Of a stretch of DNA of 18,185 nucleotides, positions 1-9,383 are shown one piece after another (position 1 is the stretch's first letter; each line of letters opens with the position of its first letter). The position numbers and the translations under genes were made by a program. The notes under the pieces were generated by a model, which saw nothing but the letters and a program-made list of their open reading frames with translations, ran no database searches and was not told the DNA's origin. The stretch comes from Octopus sinensis (taxonomy: Eukaryota): NCBI RefSeq assembly GCF_006345805.1, contig NW_021824597.1, positions 1 through 18,185 on the forward strand, written 5' to 3'.

Positions 1-6
1 AATAAT

Positions 7-59
7 AAGAAGAAGAGAAGAAGAGAAGAAGAAGAGAAGAAGAAGAAGAAGAAGAAGAA
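7..59. repeat. (GAA)n purine microsatellite
   Basis: Direct reading: gaagaagagaagaag... with occasional single-base interruptions. Confidence 0.95.
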
Positions 60-347
60 CGGCTGGAGAACACCGAGGATGAGGATGTTGGTTCTTCAAT
101 CAGCCAGTGTAGCACTCACACACATGCGCACACACTTTAATTTTGTAAACAAATAATGGAATAAAACAAACAAGAACAGAAGTAATAATTGGATATCAAT
201 CAAAACAACGCACAATTGGTGTATTTCTTTTGTCTCGACACCTCTTTGATTTTTATACATGCTTCGCTGTTTAATTACTTAATTACACACACTTTTTTAC
301 GTCTCTCCGCCACACGCCGCTTCTACCTAACAACCCCATCTCTCACT

Positions 348-351
<4 letters not shown>

Positions 352-407
<56 letters not shown>
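352..407. repeat. (CT)n microsatellite, about 28 units
   Basis: Uninterrupted ctctct run; it produces the SLSLSL stretch in ORF 189..449. Confidence 0.97.
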
Positions 408-411
<4 letters not shown>

Positions 412-642
412 CTTGTATCTTGTTCCACTTTTACTTGTTCCTTCTTTAATTTCTATTGTATTTTTTCAAGTTTTCTTAATTTCTATCTTTCCATGATTTT
501 CTTCTTCGTCTTTGGATTGCAAAAATTACCTGAAACAACTTTTTGCACTTTCGCTTTTTCTGTTGCTTATATGTGCATATGTATATATATATATGTGTGT
601 GCGTATATATGTATGTATGTAAATATATATATATATATATAT

Positions 643-960
643 TATATTAAATTGGAGACAAAACCACTATTAGGCAAATCAAACAATGAAAGACTTAAGC
701 CAATACATATGATTAATTTATATTATTTAAATATGTAACAAAATTATTAAAAAATATAATTAATATCACACTACGATCGTTTCATGCCTGCTGTCTTCAA
801 ATTTTTGAGTCGCAGTCATTCTTCAGGTGGTTTAAATATCTAAAATATAATCAATATTTTTAAGATATAAATAATATATATAATATAATAATTTACTTAT
901 AATAAACTCTATTATTAAATATGATTATATCGAAATCGACTATAATGTTAAATATTAACT
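643..960 (-). mobile_element. Hammerhead-bearing, TA-anchored non-autonomous element fragment (Penelope-like pLTR or retrozyme-like)
   Basis: AT-rich segment that starts right after a (TA)n tract and contains the hammerhead at 769-829. Boundaries are approximate and the family assignment is inferred. Confidence 0.45.
769..829 (-). ncRNA. Minimal type-I hammerhead ribozyme motif
   Basis: The minus strand reads CAC-CUGAAGA-AUGACUGC...GCAGGCAU-GAAA-CGAUCG-UA-GUG. The full core is present (CUGANGA, GAAA, UH). Stem II has 7 of 8 pairs plus an inner UCAAA/UUUGA hairpin. Stem III is the palindrome ACGAUCGU, stem I has 3 bp, and the cleavage triplet is GUA. Confidence 0.75.
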
Positions 961-966
961 TTAATT

Positions 967-1277
967 TATATGCACACAAGTACACAGGGCCAAACCGATT
1001 TCAAGCCAATTAGATAGATTTGTTCTAACTGGGGCCCACGCCAAGAGAGTGGCCTGTGCACACGCTCAAGCGCAGGACTCTATGATGAATTTTAGTATTT
1101 CACTTAGCTAATGGGGAGCCTCTAGCCCTCACCTATTTTGGTTGAGCCTTGTGTACTACACGAAGCATAAAGTATCAATCTTCAGCTTTTGTAGAGTGGA
1201 GGGTCCTTCTGACATTTTACACATATATATACATATATACACATACATACATACATATATATATATTATATATTTAT

Positions 1278-1311
<34 letters not shown>

Positions 1312-1708
1312 ACACATAATATTTTCAATTCCCGAGCGTTATACTAATACAATCTGTTTGTTTTCTACACCACCGTTCTCGTCTTTTGTTCTTTTGTGAA
1401 TTCTCCCCTATGTATATATACAGAGATAGCGCAAGTAATTGCGGGTCCCAATTAAAAAAATGTCAGAAGGACCCTCCACTCTACAAAAGCTGAAGATTGA
1501 TACTTTATGCTTCGTGTAGTACACAAGGCTCAACCAAAATAGGTGAGGGCTAGAGGCTCCCCATTAGCTAAGTGAAATACTAAAATTCATCATAGAGTCC
1601 TGCGCTTGAGCGTGTGCACAGGCCACTCTCTTGGCGTGGGGCCCAGTTAGAACAAATCTATCTAATTGGCTTGAAATCGGTTTGGCCCTGTGTACTTGTG
1701 TGCATATA
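967..1708. repeat. Long inverted repeat: arms 967-1218 and 1457-1708 (252 bp each), spacer 238 bp
   Basis: Manual reverse-complement alignment gives 251/252 identity, with a single G:G mismatch at 1034/1641. The spacer holds a (TA)n tract and a short non-microsatellite segment. Confidence 0.97.
1311..1410. mobile_element. Short repeat fragment flanked by TA tracts inside the inverted-repeat spacer
   Basis: About 100 bp of complex sequence between two (TA)n tracts. It resembles TA-anchored termini I recall as common in octopus DNA; this is unverified. Confidence 0.3.
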
Positions 1709-2228
1709 TGTGTGAGATTGACTGAAACACTAACATCCAATTTTCTAAATCAATCTTGCTATTGATTAAATGGCTACGTTAATTAATGGATAATGAACCC
1801 GATTGATTAGAAAACCTTCTCTTAACAATTTTCTCTTAACAATTTTTTACATTAAAAGCTTCTTCTCACAGTCAATTCTAGTATAAATTACCACAATAGT
1901 CCATTTTATTATTCTGAGCCTGGGTGTATTTCACCATCTACCTGGTGTGAATCAAGGAGTGAGTCTCTACACGAGTTGATAAATAAATTACCCACGAAGT
2001 ATATCACTATCGTTTGCCTGTGATGCTGTGGTTTTAATACTGTGGCCAATGTTTTAAAAATGAAATGAGATGTTTACGACTGCAAACTCATTTGACCATA
2101 TTTTTGCATGGCCGGAAATGATCTTCGCAAAACATGAGTTGTCGGATCCAATTCTACTGTGTAGCATCTTGAGCAGATATTATTTTGAATAGTCACGCCT
2201 CGACTGGTAACTTTCGAGTGAAGCCTGA

Positions 2229-2252
2229 TTGACGGAAACTGTACAGAAGCAG
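2229..2252 (+). mobile_element. Old SINE remnant (gacggaaactg... module); matching inverted remnant at about 11070-11093
   Basis: ttgacggaaactgtacagaagcag occurs here and, reverse-complemented, near 11070-11093. It resembles gacggaaactgaaagaagcc in the SINE at 6149. Confidence 0.55.
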
Positions 2253-3311
2253 CCAGTCAAATGTACTATAACAGTAAATCAAAAGTACATTCAAAAGTAC
2301 AGTATTGTTGCATACTGTGCCACGTACTTATTTTCTTCTGTTTGTTTTAGTGTACACGTATCAGCTTAATGTTTCTCTACACAAACGATTATATACAATA
2401 ATATTTATATAATTCGTTTGATCGAACTTAATATTCATCGTCGAATCTTTATGCAGGAAGTGATAAAATCAAAAGTTTCGATCTCAAACGGAAGAGAAGA
2501 GCACTACCAAACAAATAACAGTGGAGCATTATGACTGGTGAGGTTCCGTGTATTGAGTGACTGAATGAATAAAGATAAAAGTGAAAAGTATTAGTTTCTG
2601 CAGTTGAACATATCACTTTTCTTGAATTCAACCCTTGGTCACTAGGTATGACACCAACAATACATAGACTACTTTTCGTTCTTCCGAATGCCTGATGTAC
2701 GCTTGATCTTGATACAATATTTGTATTTTCCTTTGTGATGTATACTGTGCCGTACCAGAAAACTAACTAGCACACCGGTAACCAGCTGGCTTGGAAAATA
2801 TTCTAGTTATGTGTTCCCATAAAAAGCGTGAAACTCGGGCCTATGATACAGAATTGTTGTCGCGTTTTACTGTTGAAATTATATCACCTTTGATGGTGAC
2901 GTAGAGCTAAGTGGGTCCAACAGTGAAGAGTAATCATAAAATATATTACCGTCTCAAACTTATAGAGAATGTTCGTTTTTCAGTCATTGAAAACATTCCA
3001 TATATCATTGAGTCGTATCTCAGTGAATTTCAACCTCATGGGGTGTATATAGTAGAATACCTTCTGGTACAACTGAATGCTTAAGTTAATTATCCCTTTA
3101 TAGAATTTAGTTTTGTGGAACTATACCTGAATGCAAACCCACAGGAATAGCAGATTTAGAATGATAAACAAACAAATAATACATTACCTCTTTTATACCT
3201 ATATAGCTTCATATATAATTATTAGGTGGACAGAGCTATTTGGGATATATAGCGCAGGACTATATTCTTTTTTTCCTATAGGGACGATCCAGCAAGCTCG
3301 AGGGATGAGCT

Positions 3312-3466
3312 AGTCGATTAGATCGACCCCCAGTACTGAACTGGTACTTATTTCATCAACTCCGAAAGGATGAAAGGTAAAGTCGACCTCGGCAGAATTC
3401 AAACTCAGAACGTAAAGACGGACGAAATGTAGCTAAGCATTTTTGTCCGGCACGCTAACGATTCTG
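3312..3466 (-). mobile_element. tRNA-derived SINE, partial copy
   Basis: The minus strand has a B-box-like gagtttgaattc, then gaggtcgactttacctttcatcc and an ...aataagtac...ggggtcgat...tcgact domain shared with the 3' half of the SINE at 6149. Confidence 0.8.
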
Positions 3467-3491
3467 GAAAAAAGTCTTATCTCTTAATACC

Positions 3492-3896
3492 AGTCAGCTC
3501 TCCGATCAGAACCGACTAGTATTAAGTAGCAAAATACTAACAACTACATTAACTTACAACTTCAGATAATAGTTTAGGAATAATATCTGATTATTTCAGG
3601 TAAGCAGTGGTTTACAGGATACAAATACAAGTCAGCTCTCCGATCAGAACCGACTAGTATTAAGTAGCAAAATACTAACAACTACATTAACTTACAACTT
3701 CAGATAATAGTTTAGGAATAATATCTGATTATTTCAGATAAGCAGTGGTTTACAGGATACAAATACAAGTCAGCTCTCCGATCAGAACCGACTAGTATTA
3801 AGTAGCAAAATACTAACAACTACATTAACTTACAACTTCAGATAATAGTTTAGGAATAATATCTGATTATTTCAGGTAAGCAGTGGTTTACAGGAT
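3492..3896. repeat. Tandem repeat, 138-bp unit, about 2.9 copies
   Basis: Unit starts (agtcagctctccgatc) at 3492, 3630 and 3768. Copies are near-identical; copy 2 has ttcagataag instead of ttcaggtaag. Confidence 0.97.
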
Positions 3897-4221
3897 GGAT
3901 ACAATATTTATACAATATTTATATGTTTACTTATTAGAAATTTACATTCTACTTTAGTGCAAGTTTGATGTTCTTCGTGTAAATTTTTTTTTTCTACAAG
4001 TGATCTAACATTTCTTTCAGCCCCCACCCCACCCCATTTATACCTTTTTTTTTTCTCTTTAAAATTTTCAATTTACCTATTTTTTTTTTGTTTCTGTTTC
4101 TGCTTCTTCCTCACTTCAACTTTTAATTAATCGTGACGCACAAACTTTTTTCTACCACTCAAATTTCATAGATCTTTCTGTGACATGCATCACCCTCACC
4201 GCCGCTATAATAAAGATAATA

Positions 4222-4302
4222 GTGATAATGATGATGATGATGATGACGACGACGATGACGACGATGACATCAACATCATCAACAACACCAATAATAATAA
4301 TA

Positions 4303-4394
<92 letters not shown>

Positions 4395-4397
4395 TTC

Positions 4398-4432
<35 letters not shown>
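4222..4432. repeat. Compound trinucleotide microsatellite (GAT/GAC/CAT/CAA, then long (AAT)n)
   Basis: Direct reading; it explains the poly-D, poly-I and poly-S ORFs at 4185..4490 and 4205..4504. Confidence 0.97.
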
Positions 4433-5630
4433 TGCAGCATCAGCACTGTCGTTATCATCACGAACATCAACGTCAGAGAGAACGCAATAACAGTAGTAGA
4501 CCATATGTACTTTTACCTATTTATACCACATACGTGTGTATAAATGTGTGCACGTGCAATCATTTGTGAACAATATATACATACGTGTGTCTTATATCTG
4601 CCTCTATGTAAGCACTGGGTTTTCTATTTTGGTTGTTGCTTTGGTTTCGGTTCATAAGATTTCCAGCTGTGACAGTCACATCTTTTTGTCTCACAGATAT
4701 AGCATATCGAGATCCCATATAATCTAAAGTTACTTTCCGTTCTTTAAGTCATAATATCGGCGGAATTTCACAGCTGGTTTTGGTATGACCAAGAAATACG
4801 TTGAGGTGCCATCTTTAGCTTATTGAATTCCTATTATTATAATAGTGTGGGTTTTGTTTACACTTCCTACAATCTGTTATTTCTTTATTCCAAAGCTTTT
4901 AGCTTTAAATAGTCTTCCCATGTCTTCCACAAGTAATATGCAGATTAGCAGACAATAATATATGAATATATGAACGGTAATACAAATTGACAGAGTCGAC
5001 AGGAGTGGGACATATTGAGATCGTTGCTGTTCACCTCCACAGCTGCTGCTGAACTAAACGCAAGGCATTAGGCACGCATTTTTAGAAGTCGGTGGTGTCA
5101 CAAGTGGATGGTCGATAGTCGATCGGAACAGAAAGGGAACGAAGCACTTAATTTAGTTACTAAAGAAAGAATAATAAATAGTCTTACAATTATAGAAACA
5201 ATTATCTTCAGAGATCTCCATTAAGAAAGAAAAATAACTAAGGCGCTGAACTAGTAGAATTATTAAAATATCAGGTAGAATGTATTTCCTCCGTGCAATC
5301 TGATAATACATTTTGCTATCTTTTTAGGAATCAATAATTAGAGTACCAGTCAAAATTGGTAGATTTACAAAGTTCAAAGAGACTAACGGGTGCCTTGTGT
5401 TATCGTCTCCATCATTTTTTTTTGTCGCTGTTATGCCTACGAGGGCACGGGAAACACTTTCTCGTGTGGAGACAAGGGATTTGCGTACATGGAAACTGTT
5501 CAACCGCCGTAAGAAAACGTTAGCCACTTTGAAGCGGTGCTTTTCATGTGCAATTTCTTAGTCTAACGAGTGAATACGAAATCTCCACAAGGTATGTATT
5601 AATAGAAACAAATTGTATGGCGTGTATTTT

Positions 5631-5958
5631 TTTTTTAAAGACTCCGCCGGATACGACGACGAGGGTCCCAGCTGATACGATCAACGGAACAGCTTGCTCG
5701 TGAAATTAACGTGCAAATGGCTGAGCATTCCACAGACACGTGTACCCTTAACGTAGTTCTCGGGGATAATCAGCGTAACACAGAGAGTGACAAGGCTGAC
5801 CCTTTGAAATACAAGTACAACTCATTTTTGCCAGCTGAGTGGACTGGAGCAACGTGAAATAAAGTGTCTTGCTCAAGGACACAACGCGTCGCCGGGAATC
5901 GAACTCACAACCTTACGATCATGAGCCGAATACCCTAACCACTAAGCCACGCGCCCTC
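5631..5958 (-). mobile_element. Full-length tRNA-derived SINE (octopus OR-like, CORE-like domain) with 12-bp TSD
   Basis: Minus-strand head gagggcgcgtggcttagtggttaggg (A-box), gagttcgattccc (B-box), CORE-like gtgtccttgagcaagacactt, and a short A tail. TSD GGCGTGTATTTT at 5619-5630 and 5959-5970. Confidence 0.92.
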
Positions 5959-6148
5959 GGCGTGTATTTTACTGACCAAGCGGTCGATGAAGATGTAACT
6001 ATGGACAATAGAAAGCATAGTCGCTACCCTACAATACCTGCCGCAATCTAGCGTTGAAAAAAGGACCATATAAATAGAGGGATGACTGAATAAGCGAACG
6101 TGAAAAGAAAATACAAATGTAAGAAAGTGAAAAAAGACAAGTATATTA

Positions 6149-6549
6149 GGAGTGGCTGTGTGGTAAGTAGCTTGCTAACCAACCACATGGTTCCGGGTTC
6201 AGTCCCACTGTGTGGCATCTTGGGCAAGTGTCTTCTGCTATAGCCCCGGGCCGACCAATGCCTTGTGAGTGGATTTGGTAGACGGAAACTGAAAGAAGCC
6301 TGTCGTATATATGTATATATATATATATATATAAGTGTGTGTGTATATGTTTGTGTGTCTGTGTTTGTCCCCCTAGCATTGCTTGACAACCAATGCTGGT
6401 GTGTTTACGTCCCCGTCACTTAGCGGTTCGGCAAAAGAGACCGATAGAATAAGTACTGGGCTTACAAAGAATAAGTCCCGGGGTCGATTTGCTCGACTAA
6501 AGGCGGTGCTCCAGCATGGCCGCAATCAAATGACTGAAACAAGTAAAAG
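6149..6549 (+). mobile_element. tRNA-derived SINE with internal (TA/TG) tract and LINE-like 3' tail, 9-bp TSD
   Basis: Head ggagtggctgtgtggtaag..., B-box-like ggttcagtccc, CORE-like catcttgggcaagtgtctt, tail ggcggtgctccagcatggcc...ctgaaac. TSD AGTATATTA at 6140-6148 and 6550-6558. Confidence 0.92.
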
Positions 6550-6778
6550 AGTATATTACTGAAATTGTAAACGTGTAAAAATAGATTAGTAAACAACAAG
6601 ATTTTACAGAGATAATTATATTGGAGCAAAAACGATGTTACATATCAAAATAACTGAGTAACTAAGAATGTTGTTACTCAGTCAAATAAATAGAAAAATA
6701 TTTTAGCAATATTTGAGTAACAGAAATGCGGTAATGAAAAACGTAATGAGAACAGCGTAGGAAGTGCGTAACCTGATT

Positions 6779-7374
6779 AAAATGTAAAATAATTAAGTAT
6801 GGAATAATATACAAGAAGGAAGGATTGACTAGTGAAAATGAAAGATAATACTTTAGCTTATTAACAGAAGAGTAATAATCTATTTGAAACAGAAGATTGC
6901 CGTTTATCGGAAGAATAACATTATAATTTAACAAGAAGGAGCAACATTGGACGAAAGGATAACGATTAAACAAAAAAAAATGTAAAATAATTAAGTATGG
7001 AATAATATACAAGAAGGAAGGATTGACTAGTGAAAATGAAAGATAATACTTTAGCTTATTAACAGAAGAGTAATAATCTATTTGAAACAGGAGATTGCCG
7101 TTTATCGGAAGAATAACGTCATAATTTAACAAGAAGGAGCAACATTGGACGAAAGGATAACGATTAAACAAAAAAAAATGTAAAATAATTAAGTATGGAA
7201 TAATATACATGAAAGAAGGACTGACTAGTGAAAATGAAAGATAATACTTTAGCTTATTAACAGAAGAGTAATAATCTATTTGAAACAGCAGATTGCCGTT
7301 TATCGGAAGAATAACATTATAATTTAACAAGAAGGAGCAACATTGAACGAAAGGACAACGATTAAACAAAAAAA
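6779..7374. repeat. Tandem repeat, 198-bp unit, 3 copies
   Basis: tgtaaaataattaagtatgg recurs at 6783, 6981 and 7179, with few substitutions between units. Confidence 0.97.
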
Positions 7375-7566
7375 TAATGGACACATTTAACACGATATAT
7401 ATTTTACAAAAATGAACGTCGTTCAACGTCAGAAGAATGATAAGCGTGTAAGAGCGATTTATGATTAAACTTTAGCAGAAGGATATTAATTTCATATAAA
7501 GGAAAATAGCAAATTATTTAAATGATAACAATGTAGCAGTCAATGAAGAGAGTGTGATTCATAAAA

Positions 7567-7978
7567 TGATTTTGATTTTGATTTTGATTTTGATTTTTCC
7601 AGTTTCAGCTAATGAGCTGTGGCCATGCTGGGGCACTGCCATTTGGTTTGCTACACGATTTTACCTCACGGATGCTTTTTAGCAAACGCCATCTGATGCA
7701 TGAGAGAGTTCGATGCAGCTGCCCTCATCTGCACCTCCTGCCGTGAAGTTGGTTCATCCGGGACACCTGACAGGAAGAGATCCAGTCCTACTTTAAAGAC
7801 ATCCGCATCTACACCATGCAGGTCCCTCAGCTTCTTCGGGAGGATATTGAAGAGCTGTGGGCCTCTGAAGCCCAGGCTATTCACAATATCTTGTCCTACA
7901 TCTTGATGGCAAATTTGGAGTCCTTGGTACTACGCAGTGGCGTCCGGTTCTGGCATTTGTGTGACTCTCGATGCCAAA
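7567..7978 (-). mobile_element. 5'-truncated non-LTR retrotransposon (CR1/L2-like, Jockey superclade): ORF2 C-terminus, 3' UTR and (AAAATC)n tail
   Basis: Translation FGIESHTNARTGRHCVVP...RTRYC / NSLGFRGPQLFNILP...VFKVGLDLFLSGVPDEP...RAAASNSL matches the post-RT C-terminal pattern (GPxLFNxLP, FKxxLD, VPDEP, SNSL) of this LINE group. A short 3' UTR and a hexamer tail at 7567-7598 follow. Confidence 0.85.
7666..7978 (-). pseudogene. LINE ORF2 C-terminal fragment with a +1 frameshift near 7882
   Basis: The upstream frame (FGIESH...RYC) joins the downstream frame (NSLGF...KKHP*) only if one extra G is removed near 7882. Confidence 0.8.
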
Positions 7979-8475
7979 GGATAGAACTTAACTAAAAGGA
8001 TAGAATTTAACAGAATACTGACCAGAAAGCATAGAGTGAAGAATATTTTATTCGAAGAATATATTTATTTATCGGAAAAATAAAAATCTATGAGGAAATT
8101 AAGGAGTATTGTAAAGCAAAATTATAAAACGAAAAAAAAAAAAAGATGGCAAATGAAAACCATGGTTGAATATGACGTATGGGAACCCATCATCCTTTTA
8201 CTGATTGATTTATGTACCTATGTATCCGGGAGCAAGCGTAGTTGCCTTCTCGGTAATGCAACCTTTTGGACCAGCTGGAAGGAGAGATGCTGGATTCGAA
8301 CTATGCTAATAATCATCGTAAGATCAGTAAAATGGAGTTTTGTGAAATGAAGAGTGTCGTTTAATGACATCCCTTACCTCGTCTAAAAATAGAACTCAAG
8401 TTCATATTGCCTTAAGCCCAGCCCTACAAATCAGTTATGCATACATCCAGTACAAAAACGTAAAATATCACAAAA

Positions 8476-8709
8476 TACTCTCTTTTACTCTTTTACTCTT
8501 TCAATTGTTTCAGTCATTTGACTGTGGCTATGCTGGAGCACCACCTTTAGTCGAGCAAATCGCCCCCAGGACTTAATCTTTGTAAGCCTAGTTCTTATTC
8601 TATCGGTCACTTTTGCTGAACCGCTAAGTTACGGGGACGTAAACACACTAGCATCGGTTGTCAAGCGATGTTAGGGGACAAACAGACACACAAACATATA
8701 CACACATGC

Positions 8710-8753
<44 letters not shown>

Positions 8754-8958
8754 AGATAAGAAAATGGAGAAATACATCTAAATCAAATATCAATTACCAG
8801 ATAATACTCAATCAGATACTTATTAAACCACCACATAAGAGACTGTAGGGGTTAAAAATAAAAAAGCAGAACAAATCAGTGTACATAAAGGAATGTACAT
8901 AAAAAAGTGTACATAAAAGAGTAATGTTGTATAATAAGTAGAAACCCCTATCTCAGTT

Positions 8959-9021
<63 letters not shown>

Positions 9022-9196
9022 GTACATATATACGACGGGTTTCTTTCAGTTTCCGTCTACCAAATCCGCTCACAAGGTTTTGGTCGGCCCGAAGTTATAG
9101 TAGAAGACACTTGCCCAAGGTGTCATGCAGTGGGACTGAACACGGAACCATGTGGTTGGTAAGCAAGTTACTTACCACACAGCCACTCCTACGCCT
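8476..9196 (-). mobile_element. SINE of the same family as 6149-6549, interrupted in its internal TA tract
   Basis: 3' half at 8476-about 8710 with a (GAGTAAAA)n tail; 5' half at about 9030-9196 (head aggcgtaggagtggctgtg on the minus strand). The halves are separated by TA tracts and the 8751-8961 insert. Confidence 0.9.
8751..8961. mobile_element. Non-coding TA-embedded repeat nested in a SINE
   Basis: 8751-8943 is homologous to 11555-11746. 8943-8961 is the reverse complement (18/19) of 11381-11399. Confidence 0.85.
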
Positions 9197-9288
9197 AGCA
9201 TTTTAAGAGAAAATGAAAACTAACAATCTATTTTACCGATGTGATTCTAAATAGAGGCAAACTATATACAGAAATCTATCAGTTAGTG

Positions 9289-9383
9289 ACTTGACTGATG
9301 AAAAGTAACTTGACTGATGAAAAGTAACTTGACTGATGAAAAGTAACTTGACTGATGAAAAGTAACTTGACTGATGAAAAGTA
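9289..9383. repeat. Minisatellite, 19-bp unit x5 (acttgactgatgaaaagta)
   Basis: Five perfect units starting at 9289, 9308, 9327, 9346 and 9365. Confidence 0.97.

Noticed and set aside
1082-1212. Box C (ATGATGA) and box D (CTGA) in the left inverted-repeat arm, suggesting a C/D snoRNA
   Set aside because: No terminal stem flanks the boxes, no recognisable rRNA guide was seen, and the motifs are short enough to occur by chance.
1490-1580. CTGAAGA in the inverted-repeat arm as a third hammerhead
   Set aside because: No stem II closes onto a GAAA, and there is no stem III or UH.
985-1690. CAGGG.../CAGAG... ends as hAT transposon termini
   Set aside because: The CAGAG (1421) and CCCTG (1690) ends share only about 4 nt of inverted identity, and no 8-bp TSD was found.
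2735-2770. Minus-strand VFWYGT, reminiscent of an ABCB transmembrane motif
   Set aside because: Flanked by in-frame stops with no further similarity; a chance match.
4021-4035. Minus-strand G-quadruplex
   Set aside because: Only three G-runs are present.
4185-4504. Poly-Asp/Ile/Ser ORFs on both strands
   Set aside because: Direct translation of trinucleotide microsatellites, with no complex coding sequence.
5205-5211. Minus-strand CUGAAGA followed by a small hairpin
   Set aside because: The hairpin is followed by UAAG rather than GAAA, and there is no stem III or stem I.
7700-7906. Plus-strand 68-aa ORF
   Set aside because: Antisense shadow of the LINE ORF2 fragment.
8090-8350. 86-aa plus-strand ORF with an ATG start
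   Set aside because: No recognisable domain, an A-run-derived poly-Lys, and no supporting splice context.
3492-9383. 138-, 198- and 19-bp arrays as CRISPR-like
   Set aside because: They are head-to-tail tandem units without unique spacers, in a eukaryotic context with no cas genes.
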